Shown here one piece after another: positions 1 through 7,928 of a stretch of DNA of 64,000 nt. The position numbers and the translations under genes are program-made. Under the pieces are notes generated by a model. It worked only from the letters and a program-made list of their open reading frames with translations. It ran no database searches and was not told the origin of the DNA. This DNA comes from Patescibacteria group bacterium (GTDB lineage Bacteria; Patescibacteriota; Minisyncoccia; Phycocordibacterales; Zambryskibacteraceae), in assembly GCA_004322205.1 (NCBI GenBank), contig SCSN01000016.1, positions 27,118 to 91,117 of the forward strand, given 5' to 3'. The number at the start of each line of letters is the position of its first letter. Position 1 is the first letter of the stretch.

Positions 1-601
1 AGATCGCCGGCAGATAGAGAAGAGCAATAAAAAGATGCACAAAGACCATGTAGTTGGCAATGGGAATTTCAAAGTCAAAGACAATTGCCCGGTCTATAAC
101 CGCGCCGAGGGAATAAAAGAGAAGGGAGGCGAGAATAAAATGTACATAGCGGGATTTGAAAAAAAATCTCACCGGATAGAGCAAATCATGTTGCGGGTCT
201 AGAGTAAGAATGTAGGAACCGACAATCATTGCGGCAATTCCCAGAATATCGCTGCCTCCAAGAACTTCTCCCAGTATCGCGTAACCCAAAAGGGCTGAAG
301 TGCCGGGACTTAAAGAAAGAAGCGGAGCGGCAAAACTAATCTGCAGATGGCGCACCGCCTTGGCTACCAGATAAAAAGCGATTGCCGCTGCCAGAGCGGA
401 GCCAAAGATAAGGGCAAGCGAGAAGAGCGTTACTTTAGAAAAATCGATAAAAAAGAGGAATGGTAGGGCGAGAATCACATTTACAAAAGCTACCGCTGCT
501 GAAAGATCAATAGTGTGAAGGCGTTTGAGAGCGTGCTTTTCCGCAATGGTTGAGGCGGAGAGAAAGAGGGCGGAGAGCAGTGCGAAAATAAACCAGGTCA
601 T
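1..601 (-). CDS. EamA/DMT-family membrane transporter, 5' partial (runs off window edge)
   Basis: Minus-strand translation from the ATG (reverse of cat at 599-601) gives a multi-TM hydrophobic protein (MTWFIFALLSALFLSASTIAEKHALKRL...) with EamA-like repeat organisation. It is not in the ORF track because it is truncated. Confidence 0.45.
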   Translation of the reverse strand, partial: MTWFIFALLSALFLSASTIAEKHALKRLHTIDLSAAVAFVNVILALPFLFFIDFSKVTLFSLALIFGSALAAAIAFYLVAKAVRHLQISFAAPLLSLSPGTSALLGYAILGEVLGGSDILGIAAMIVGSYILTLDPQHDLLYPVRFFFKSRYVHFILASLLFYSLGAVIDRAIVFDFEIPIANYMVFVHLFIALLYLPAI

Positions 602-668
602 GATAGATTTTCTTGAGCGCGGCGATTAGTGAATTATATTCACTCTTTTCCTTGATTTTCTTGATTTT

Positions 669-1154
669 CTAAATATGGCATGAACCAATCCCTCGTTTCA
701 TCAAATACTTCTGATGATATTCCTCGGCGCGGTAAAACTCTCCAGCCGCGACAATTTCGGTAACAATCGGCCTTCTATATGCGCCCGACTGTTCAAGTTT
801 CTCTTTTGACGCCCGTGCAAGTCTCTCCTGCCCCGGGCCGTGAAAGAAAATAACGGAGCGATACTGGCTGCCGACATCAGGACCTTGGCGGTTTGGAGTG
901 GTTGGGTCGTGGATTTTCCAGAACTTTGCGAGTAGCTCCTCGTAAGAAATTTCTATCGGGTCGTAGGTGATTTGCATCACTTCAGCGTATCCGGTTTTGT
1001 CAGTGCAGACATCTTCGTAGGTTGGGTTGTCGCTGTGTCCACCCATATAGCCAACTGCAGTTTCAATGACCCCCGGCAGCATCCGAAATGCTTCCTCCAC
1101 ACCCCAGAAGCATCCCGCGCCGAATGTCGCAATCTCGGTTTTATCCTTCTCCAT
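669..1154 (-). CDS. msrA: peptide methionine sulfoxide reductase MsrA
   Basis: The GAGCFWGVE active-site motif and full-length MsrA similarity are present. The start is trimmed to [18 protein letters not shown] because the longer ORF overlaps the upstream gene. Confidence 0.85.
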   Translation of the reverse strand: MEKDKTEIATFGAGCFWGVEEAFRMLPGVIETAVGYMGGHSDNPTYEDVCTDKTGYAEVMQITYDPIEISYEELLAKFWKIHDPTTPNRQGPDVGSQYRSVIFFHGPGQERLARASKEKLEQSGAYRRPIVTEIVAAGEFYRAEEYHQKYLMKRGIGSCHI

Positions 1155-1161
1155 CTCCTGT

Positions 1162-1935
1162 TTATTTTTTGAAATAAAACTCAACACCGTCCCACCAGCC
1201 GTCTCCATCCGTATCTCTAACCGCCTGGTCAGTATGGGTGCAGTCCGACTCGTTAAGATACGAGCCGGTGCATAATTCCTGTTCATCAGTCAGCCCATCC
1301 TGGTCGGTATCAAGAACCATTGAATTAAGTCTCCGATTGACAAAATCGGGGTCGGTTTGACCGCCCGTATAAAACCAGCCTTGGGCCGGGTCAAAATATA
1401 AAATTTTCAGCACATTGCTTGGCCCCTTTACAAAGTAGATAAATCCCCTAAACACAGCCGGGGACCCCCCGCTGTCATTGCGCACCGGTGCTGTTGCCAG
1501 AATTATCTGCTTTCCATCTTCCCAAACGTGTACATAATCGTTTTCTTTCATCAACTTGCCGAGTTCAACCACATCATCCATGAGACCAAAACAAGCTTCT
1601 TTCTTTTCAGGGTCGGCGCAGGCGGCTGACTGCTGATACGACAGCTCCTTGAGACCGGCAATGTCGTGGGCTCGGGCGCGGGTGAGATATTCCTGAAGTG
1701 TCTGCCAAGCTCTGTCCTTCGAGGCTCCCGCCGCTGATCCTTTCGGCGGCGGGAAGGTTATGGAAGTGGTGGCGCTTGGAGCGGCCGGTGACGTTGAGGT
1801 GACTTCCGACTCCGTGGTCACATCTCCAGTCCGGGAAGCCGAGCGCAAAGAAACAACAAAATAGACCACGATAATCGCGGCAGCGATTACCAAGGCAACA
1901 AGCGAATACGTTTTTCTTCGTGCCATACTCTCCAT
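1162..1935 (-). CDS. membrane-anchored protein with C-terminal Asp-rich calcium-binding (thrombospondin type-3-like DxDxDG) repeats
   Basis: There is an N-terminal TM helix ([17 protein letters not shown]), and the C-terminus carries [12 protein letters not shown] and [10 protein letters not shown]. It is a paralogue in style of 58628..59671. Confidence 0.45.
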   Translation of the reverse strand: MESMARRKTYSLVALVIAAAIIVVYFVVSLRSASRTGDVTTESEVTSTSPAAPSATTSITFPPPKGSAAGASKDRAWQTLQEYLTRARAHDIAGLKELSYQQSAACADPEKKEACFGLMDDVVELGKLMKENDYVHVWEDGKQIILATAPVRNDSGGSPAVFRGFIYFVKGPSNVLKILYFDPAQGWFYTGGQTDPDFVNRRLNSMVLDTDQDGLTDEQELCTGSYLNESDCTHTDQAVRDTDGDGWWDGVEFYFKK

Positions 1936-2001
1936 TATAGCAATCGTGTCAAGTTACTCTGCTTTGTCTCCTCCTGATTTGTCAACGTCCAAGAGAAATT
2001 T

Positions 2002-2460
2002 CTAGAGAACCTTTTGGACACCCTTCAGGGTGACGGCCGCGCTGTTTTCCTCTTTGACAGAGCCGGGTTCTTCTGCTATCTCATCAACTTCCTCCTGAAT
2101 TTCACCGATGTTTTCCTGAATCTCACCAATTTCCTCCTCGACTTCCTGCAGGCTCTGGGTATTGCGGTTGACAGTCATCTGAATAAAAATCGAAAGATAA
2201 ATTGCCTCAAGAGAAACAACGGTGGTTAGAATGAGGAGAACGACTTCCCAATCACGGTGAATATAGCCATAGAGAAAAAACAGGATAAAAAGAATTGTGT
2301 GTACCACAAGAGATGCGAGCGACCCAATCCATGTCCGACACCGACGTGACCATTCTTCCAGCAGTGACTTTTTTTGTTTCTGCAACATGAAAAGCAACAA
2401 TGACCCAATTGTATCAGCTTTTCTCAAGCACACAATGTGTGTAAAACAAAAGGGAGCCAT
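2002..2460 (-). CDS. small two-TM membrane protein (DUF1003-like), acidic C-terminal tail
   Basis: Two TM helices are followed by the ...QMTVNRNTQSLQEVEEEIGEIQ... motif reminiscent of DUF1003. Family assignment is weak. Confidence 0.3.
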   Translation of the reverse strand: MAPFCFTHIVCLRKADTIGSLLLFMLQKQKKSLLEEWSRRCRTWIGSLASLVVHTILFILFFLYGYIHRDWEVVLLILTTVVSLEAIYLSIFIQMTVNRNTQSLQEVEEEIGEIQENIGEIQEEVDEIAEEPGSVKEENSAAVTLKGVQKVL

Positions 2461-2693
2461 GTTTCAGACTCCCGATGTTTATAATTAACTCGTTTGATTT
2501 TTTGATGATGTATTTAAATTTCCGTAAATTACAGAACTGTCTTTAGTCATTATTTTCAGCTCTTTTTCCATTGCAAAAGTATATCAGCTCTAAAATCGTA
2601 CACTCGGGTGCCCCTCATAAACTCGGGATACTCCAAAAATATAGTCGCCTCTGATCTCCTTATTTTTGGGTGCCTACACCCGCGCCAATAACT

Positions 2694-2948
2694 CTATTGC
2701 AGGCTTTCTGATAACCTCTTTTTAAGTTGCGCGGGGACCCGGCCATCTTTTTTGAGAGCGGCTTCACGGCGACGGGTGTCCTTTTCGGCTGAATACGCCT
2801 CATAATATTTTAGCTTAAAAGGTGTGCGGGTTTTGGTAGATTGCACCTTGCCCTCGTTATGACCAGAAAGCCTGCGTCGCAAATCACTGGTCGAACCTAT
2901 GTATAATTTACCGTCTTTCAAACTTTTCAACACATAAAGGTAGTACAT
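2694..2948 (-). CDS. GIY-YIG nuclease domain protein (UvrC-N/Slx1-like small nuclease)
   Basis: The motif is YYLYVLKSLKDGKLYIGSTSDLRRRLSGHN (GIY-YIG ... R ... H N). The start is trimmed to MYYLY. Confidence 0.6.
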   Translation of the reverse strand: MYYLYVLKSLKDGKLYIGSTSDLRRRLSGHNEGKVQSTKTRTPFKLKYYEAYSAEKDTRRREAALKKDGRVPAQLKKRLSESLQ

Positions 2949-3147
2949 TGAGAAGACAATGAAATTATTGGCGTGGGTCGGGCACTGTCCGGAGTTATAA
3001 CCGTACTCGAGGACAGGGGTTATATGGTTACGGTACGCGAAAAAATCAACAATATCAAGCGCGTTGGCAAATTTTATGACTTCCCGATGCCGTACCAGCC
3101 GAAATAGCCAACTCACCCCAAGTCACCCTAACTCACCCGTTTTCGGC

Positions 3148-3365
3148 AAAAGTCCGGTCCAAACCATTTCACCTTATCCCACCAGTGGCCACCGGTTTTG
3201 AGCAAAAAATCCGGTCCAAAATCATTTAACCGCAACTGACCTTATTTAACCGTTTTTTGCCCAACTATTTGCCCCGGTGGCGAGCTTTGTGCCAGGAATC
3301 GACGTTCGCCCCACCTTGCAACCTCGACCACCGGTTTGACCAAATTTGAACCCTTGGGACGATTG
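3148..3365. repeat. array of about 4 imperfect direct repeats (about 38-bp unit ccggttttgAgcaaaaAatccggtccaaaAtcatttaacc), iteron-like
   Basis: Unit copies lie at 3148-3185 and 3203-3243, with partial copies at 3251-3275 and 3339-3365. The array is intergenic between the GIY-YIG gene and ORF 3427. Confidence 0.45.
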
Positions 3366-3426
3366 TGGGTAACTACGCCAAAATCAGCTTGGCTTCCGCG
3401 AAGGATAAGCATAGGGTTGGGCGTGC

Positions 3427-3735
3427 ATGGAAAATGACGACATTGAAGCGGTCGTCCAAGCCGCAAAAAATATACGACTCAAGTACCGGAAAGGCACGCT
3501 CAACCCGCTTTCTTTGCTTCCTGAATCGAAAGCCAAATTGAAAGCCGCGATCAAGGATCGCATCCGGCTATTGTCAGCCTCTTACATATCGCTCGCCGGC
3601 TTCGTCGATGATGACAATGTTCTTTTTGCGGAACGAAACCCCACATCAAAGAAAACCCGAAGAATTTACCTCAAAATAATCGAGGATATGGAAACGGCAC
3701 AAAAAGAACTGCGTTGTTTTCTTAAGAAGATTTGA
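3427..3735 (+). CDS. hypothetical protein (102 aa), 3' end overlaps the RT gene convergently
   Basis: It is an ORF only, with no recognisable domain. Confidence 0.25.
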   Translation: MENDDIEAVVQAAKNIRLKYRKGTLNPLSLLPESKAKLKAAIKDRIRLLSASYISLAGFVDDDNVLFAERNPTSKKTRRIYLKIIEDMETAQKELRCFLKKI

Positions 3736-4729
3736 TCGATTTTTCTTTGAGTATTTTCTGTCTCAACTTCCAGCTATTGCCGTGACTCATAAGACCGAGA
3801 TATGACTGCACCGTTTCTTCCTTTCCATCTTTCGCTTGTATATTCCTGAACATCCGTTTTTTGGTAGTCGTCCTTAAAACCCTGTGATCCGGAAAATGCA
3901 CCCAACCGAGAAAATCCACGCCCGATGCGACGGTCTGAATGAAAATCTTATCCGGATGCATGACGAGCTTGAGCTTGCTTCCCAAAAATTCCTGCATCGC
4001 CGGCAGAATGGTCTCAAGGTACACTTTGTCTGTCGAAAGGACGGCAAAGTCATCTGCATAACGCAGATAATATTTCGCCTTGAGTCGATGCTTCATAAAT
4101 TGGTCGAATTCATTCATGTATATGTTTACCAAAAGCTGGGACGTCAAATTGCCGAGCGGAAGTCCGACGCCTGCGGTTCTTGAATTAAAGCTCCGGACGA
4201 TGATCGACATGAGATCGAGGACATCTTGATCGGGAATATATTTAGCAGCTATATCCAAGAGAATTGCATGGTCGATGTTTGCGAAGAACTTTTTAATATC
4301 GCATTTGAGCACCCATACCGTCCGTATGTTGTTCTCGGATACCATGCCGATGAATTTTCTAAACCTGCGAAGAGCGCGGTGCGTGCCTTTCCCGTCTTGG
4401 CATGAATTCGAGTCGGGAATAAACGTCTTTGCGAAAAATGGCGACAGTTGCCTGTGCAATGCGTGATGCAAAAGCCGGTCCCGAACGTTGGCTTTGTGTA
4501 TATCGCGCGGTTTCGGATCGGCGATTTTGAAATGCTGATATGCCGAATGCGAATATTTTCTCGCGGCAAGCTCGCGGTGGAGCGCGATGATGTTCGTCAT
4601 CAAATCTCGCTCGAATTCCTGCACGTCTTTACGCGTTCGCTTGCCGCGGACGAATTCTTTCCACGCCTCGAGGAGATTTTCGAGCGAGATGATATTATTA
4701 TATGTATGATGAAATCTAATTTTGGGCAT
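3722..4729 (-). CDS. diversity-generating retroelement (DGR) reverse transcriptase
   Basis: RT motifs 1-7 are present. Close colinear similarity to the Bordetella phage bRT as recalled is seen in DSNSCQDGKGTH, VLKCDIKKFFANIDHAILL, GLPLGNLTSQLL (the DGR-type SQ motif), RYADDFAVL (YxDD) and LHP.K...GVDFLGW. The start is set at MPKIRF (4729). The longer ORF to 4834 only adds a translation of the (TTGG)n repeat. Confidence 0.8.
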   Translation of the reverse strand: MPKIRFHHTYNNIISLENLLEAWKEFVRGKRTRKDVQEFERDLMTNIIALHRELAARKYSHSAYQHFKIADPKPRDIHKANVRDRLLHHALHRQLSPFFAKTFIPDSNSCQDGKGTHRALRRFRKFIGMVSENNIRTVWVLKCDIKKFFANIDHAILLDIAAKYIPDQDVLDLMSIIVRSFNSRTAGVGLPLGNLTSQLLVNIYMNEFDQFMKHRLKAKYYLRYADDFAVLSTDKVYLETILPAMQEFLGSKLKLVMHPDKIFIQTVASGVDFLGWVHFPDHRVLRTTTKKRMFRNIQAKDGKEETVQSYLGLMSHGNSWKLRQKILKEKSIKSS

Positions 4730-4730
4730 A

Positions 4731-5150
4731 ATGGTGGTAACCAACCAACCAACCAACCAACCAACCAACCAACCAACCAATAAGATTTTACCGGTTTTAG
4801 GTAAAGTCAAGGAGTCGTACCTTTTGTGGTACAAATTTTATCTGGATTTACCAAAGACGCATCGTCATTCTCTTGGTCAGCGCATCGACACTTTATTTGT
4901 CGAAGTGATAGAGGCGATATCGGCCGCAAGTTTTCTCTCGCCTGCGGAGAAGCATCCGTATGTTCGTCTCGCGATCAAAAAAGCGGACACTCTCCGCGTA
5001 CTTCTTTTGGTGCTTTGGGAAACGAAATCTTTGGACGATAAAAAATACATCGCCCTTTCGGTAAAGCTGGACGAAGCCGGCAAAATGCTCGGCGGATGGA
5101 ACGGACAGCTCGCAAAACAAAACTCTCCAGCGAAAGCCGGAGAGAAATGA
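4731..5150 (+). CDS. avd: DGR accessory variability determinant (Avd; four-helix-bundle protein)
   Basis: It has a conserved four-helix-bundle/Avd-like core (KESYLLWYKFYLDLPKTHRHSLGQRIDTLFVEV...). The C-terminus (GKMLGGWNGQLAKQN) resembles the bAvd C-terminus as recalled. The N-terminus as drawn (ATG 4731) includes the CCAA repeat, and the real start is uncertain. Confidence 0.6.
   Translation: MVVTNQPTNQPTNQPTNKILPVLGKVKESYLLWYKFYLDLPKTHRHSLGQRIDTLFVEVIEAISAASFLSPAEKHPYVRLAIKKADTLRVLLLVLWETKSLDDKKYIALSVKLDEAGKMLGGWNGQLAKQNSPAKAGEK
4741..4780. repeat. tetranucleotide microsatellite (CCAA)10 / (TTGG)10
   Basis: There are ten perfect tandem CCAA units. They lie 12 nt upstream of the RT start on the minus strand and inside the 5' coding region of the plus-strand avd ORF (NQPTNQPTNQPT). 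Confidence 0.95.
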
Positions 5151-5156
5151 AGAGAG

Positions 5157-5282
5157 TTGCGACACGGCGAACGCGAACCCGTTGTCACGATTCCACCTGT
5201 TGTCAGGCCTGTCGTTGTACGCGTTGAGCCAGCGACCATCGTCGTTACGGTTCGCGTTCAGCAAGTTCGGATCGCCGTCGGA
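5157..5282 (-). repeat. DGR template repeat (TR)
   Basis: This 126 bp aligns with 5629-5754 at 111/126 identity. All 15 mismatches fall at positions that are T on the given strand, which is A on the minus (RNA-sense) strand. Confidence 0.85.
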
Positions 5283-5502
5283 TTGCGCGAAGCATCTTCC
5301 ATATCACCGCCCCTCGAATACTCTCAGGGTTGAATCGAATCCGGCATAGTAATGCCTTAATGCCTCGCGCCAAGTATCTTCTTTTTTATTGAAGTTTCTG
5401 CATGCACCACTCTATCCGAAACCGTAGCCGCGGATACTCCCGATGCATGGATACTGGGGTCGGTAGCGGAAAGCCTTGACCGTCCGCATATTCACCTACT
5501 GC

Positions 5503-5545
5503 CACGAATATTATATATGAAATTTATTTTTATGAAAAAATTTAG
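5503..5545 (-). promoter_or_regulatory. candidate sigma70-like promoter reading toward the TR (minus strand)
   Basis: The minus-strand sequence is ttcata-N17-taatat / tataat (the TATAAT-like box is around 5510-5515), lying between the target-gene terminator and the TR. Confidence 0.25.
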
Positions 5546-5572
5546 CCCTGCTCCGACGGATCGGAACAGGGC
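5533..5572 (-). terminator. rho-independent terminator of the DGR target gene
   Basis: The minus-strand hairpin gccctgttccgatccgtcggagcagggc is followed by a T-run (taaatttttt). Confidence 0.6.
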
Positions 5573-5589
5573 TAAGGGCTAAGCTCAAA

Positions 5590-5603
5590 GGGACTGAAGT
5601 CCC
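5590..5603 (-). other. short GC hairpin (gggac-ttca-gtccc) just 3' of the VR; candidate DGR homing hairpin
   Basis: It is a perfect 5-bp stem with a 4-nt loop 25 nt downstream of the VR 3' end. This is analogous in position to the hairpin that follows the VR in Bordetella phage. Confidence 0.35.
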
Positions 5604-5610
5604 AAGAGTC

Positions 5611-6249
5611 TTAGGATTGAGAACTGACTTGCGACACGGCGAACGCGAACCCGTTGTCACGATTCCACCTGCGGCCAGGCCTGACGATGAACGCGTCGAG
5701 CCAGCGACCACCGTCGCTACGGTCCGCGCCCAGCAAGCGCGGATCGCCGCCGGAGTCGTTGATGGGTTCGTGCATTGCGACGATCCACCAGAGGAGACCC
5801 ATGGCTTCGATCTCCTCATCCGTGAACTTCTCACGGATGAGGCAGGCCAGTTCGGCGTTCGGCTTGGACAGCTTGCGCTTGTCGGCTTCGGTGCGGATCT
5901 TCTTCGTGATCCGGTCGTTGTCCTCGAAGAGCATGCCCTTGAGAACGGCGACTTCGGTCGTCACGCCATTGGTCGGCTTGAAGTCCGGCGAACGGAGCAC
6001 CTGCTTGGCGTAGTCTCCGACGCGGAAACCGTTGCCTTCCAGACGCTTGATCCAGTCCTCGCCGGTCGTGCCGTCGCTGGTGACGCTGAAGTAGATGACG
6101 CCGTCTTCCTCGCGCCACGAACGGATCGGTTCGGAAACCGAGAGTTCGTCGCGGAGAAAACGGAGCGCCATGTCGTGGCCACCGAGCTTCTTGACGATGG
6201 CGTTGAGTTGGCCGGCGGTAAGACCGGCGGATGCGAATTCTGTGCTCAT
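5611..6249 (-). CDS. DGR variable (target) protein, C-terminal C-type-lectin-like VR region
   Basis: The 3' terminal 126 bp of the ORF is the VR. The C-terminus RWLDAFIVRPGRRWNRDNGFAFAVSQ has the pattern typical of DGR variable proteins. No obvious signal peptide is present. Confidence 0.7.
   Translation of the reverse strand: MSTEFASAGLTAGQLNAIVKKLGGHDMALRFLRDELSVSEPIRSWREEDGVIYFSVTSDGTTGEDWIKRLEGNGFRVGDYAKQVLRSPDFKPTNGVTTEVAVLKGMLFEDNDRITKKIRTEADKRKLSKPNAELACLIREKFTDEEIEAMGLLWWIVAMHEPINDSGGDPRLLGADRSDGGRWLDAFIVRPGRRWNRDNGFAFAVSQVSSQS
5629..5754 (-). repeat. DGR variable repeat (VR)
   Basis: It is the counterpart of the TR, with substitutions only at TR-adenine positions. At the amino-acid level AAC (Asn) codons in the TR correspond to G/D/S/I/R in the VR. 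Confidence 0.85.
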
Positions 6250-6399
6250 GATTTTATCTCCTGGGCTAATTTGCCCGTTTTCGTTTTCCTCTAATCCGAG
6301 GAGGAACCATGGCCTGTGTGGTCATAGCGAGGAATGGCCTAGTTTTAAGCCACTTTTCGCTATGACCAATCGCAAGTCTTATCAAAGAACTATACCTAC

Positions 6400-7760
6400 T
6401 ATCATACACCTAAACGCCATATTTGTCAATAGTCCCCCGAGGAAATAGGGTTGCCAAATAAAGGCCCAGTTAAGCAAAATTGCTTACGGGTTGCGTGACA
6501 GCTTGGTTGCCGACCGACAATCAAAAACCTATGAACAACAACGTATTAACGTATGCCGAATACCAAAAAAGACTGAAAGAATTGAAAACGCCCGAGGATA
6601 TCGCCTCGTTCGCCCAAGAGCTTATCGCTCCCGCCCTTGCCGGAAATATGACTCCGGAAAAGAAAGAGGATAAGCCGGATGAGCCGAAAGACGAAGCTCC
6701 GGAGGAACCTCGCAAGAAGCGCATCCTTCTGCCGAAGGAAAAACTCTATGCGATCCGAAAGCTTCAACTTACAGACGCGAACGTGATCAGTCCGTGGTAC
6801 GACGTGGTGGGCAACGATACCGATGCGATGGTAATCAGCCTCTACGCCAAAGGTCTGACGACGCGCGACATCTCAAGCTACCTTAAGAATATGCACGGGA
6901 TCGAAATCGCGCAACCGTCGATATCCGCAATCACCGACAAAGTGTTTCCGTTGGTGAAAGAATGGCAGATGCGATCTCTTTCGTCATGCTATCCGGTCGT
7001 ATACCTCGACGGTTTGCATTTCAAAGTCCGCGACGCCGGCAAGATCGTGTCCAAGGTCGCCTACATCGTGCTTGGCATAAATCAGTACGGACAAAAAGAG
7101 GTGCTTGGCATCTGGGTGAGCGAATCCGAGGGATCGAAGTTCTGGATGCATGTGCTCAATGACATGAAGAATCGAGGCGTCGATGACATACTCATCGCTT
7201 GTGTGGACGGTCTGAAAGGTTTTCCGGAAGCGATCAAAGCCATGTATCCTCACGTCGACGTGCAGGTGTGCATCGCGCATCAGATCAGACACACGATCAT
7301 GTTCATTCCGCACAAGGACAAGAAGCAATTCTGCGACGAGCTCAAATCCATTTACACGGCCGCGAATGAGGAAGCTGGCATGGACTCCCTCAAAGACATG
7401 ATGGAACGCTGGCCGCAGTACCGCTCGTATCTCAAGAGCTGGGAAACTCGATGGTCTGACTTGATACCGTTCTTCGGCTATCCGCAACCGATCCGAAAAA
7501 TGGTCTACACCACGAACGCCATCGAAAATCTCAATAGGCAGTTCCGCAAGGTGACCAAGACGACGACTATCTTCCCTCACGATGACGCGCTTATAAAGCT
7601 GTTATGGCTGGCGCAGGCCGACATCACGCAGGGATGGGTGCTTACCACAAGAAATTGGGGAGAAGTTATGGCTCAACTCAATATTCTGTTTCCGGATCGC
7701 GTACACTTCTAATCGCCGATCCAGTCGACATTAATTAACTAACCGGCCGGTCCAGAACTC
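6400..7760 (+). mobile_element. IS256-family insertion sequence (boundaries not resolved)
   Basis: The transposase gene is present, but I could not find convincing terminal inverted repeats by eye. The coordinates are only a bracket. Confidence 0.4.
6531..7712 (+). CDS. IS256-family (Mutator-type) transposase
   Basis: There is full-length similarity to IS256/mutator transposases (...CYPVVYLDGLHFKVRD...LIACVDGLKGFPEAI...CIAHQIRH...). The start is trimmed to MNNNVLTYAEY. Confidence 0.85.
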   Translation: MNNNVLTYAEYQKRLKELKTPEDIASFAQELIAPALAGNMTPEKKEDKPDEPKDEAPEEPRKKRILLPKEKLYAIRKLQLTDANVISPWYDVVGNDTDAMVISLYAKGLTTRDISSYLKNMHGIEIAQPSISAITDKVFPLVKEWQMRSLSSCYPVVYLDGLHFKVRDAGKIVSKVAYIVLGINQYGQKEVLGIWVSESEGSKFWMHVLNDMKNRGVDDILIACVDGLKGFPEAIKAMYPHVDVQVCIAHQIRHTIMFIPHKDKKQFCDELKSIYTAANEEAGMDSLKDMMERWPQYRSYLKSWETRWSDLIPFFGYPQPIRKMVYTTNAIENLNRQFRKVTKTTTIFPHDDALIKLLWLAQADITQGWVLTTRNWGEVMAQLNILFPDRVHF

Positions 7761-7850
7761 CGCACCCGACAAAAGCCGCTCGTCTCGAGTAGCTTTTGTA
7801 ATTCTTCAGAAATATCCGGATAAGAAATTTTGATGGCAACCGGAGAAAGA

Positions 7851-7870
7851 GGTATAATGAGGTATAATGA
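7851..7870 (+). repeat. tandem duplication ggtataatga x2 (two TATAAT boxes)
   Basis: It is an exact 10-bp tandem repeat immediately upstream of the methyltransferase remnant. Confidence 0.6.
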
Positions 7871-7928
7871 TGTTATCGGCCTATGCCACCAATCGCCAGC
7901 TCAATACAAAAACAGTTCAAAATACTAG

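Noticed and set aside
3722-4834. RT as a group II intron maturase, retron RT or Abi RT
   Set aside because: No intron RNA domains (for example domain V) or maturase X/En domains are evident. The RT has the DGR-type SQ motif and sits next to a TR/VR pair with A-specific differences. The longer ORF start at 4834 only adds a translated (TTGG)n tract.
4893-5264. ORF 4893..5264 (-) MLNANRNDDGRWLNAYNDRPDNRWNRDNGFAFAVSQ... looked like a paralogue of the DGR target
   Set aside because: It is simply the translation of the template repeat, which necessarily resembles the VR. The rest of the ORF is low-complexity and overlaps avd on the other strand. The TR is a non-coding template.
5617-6294. 225-aa plus-strand ORF antisense to the DGR target gene, plus several 70-120-aa ORFs in 5650-6180
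   Set aside because: This is a GC-rich region where long antisense ORFs arise by chance. It has no start-context or domain support, and the minus-strand gene carries the VR.
6984-7580. 198-aa minus-strand ORF inside the IS256 transposase gene
   Set aside because: It is antisense to a well-supported transposase and has no domain.
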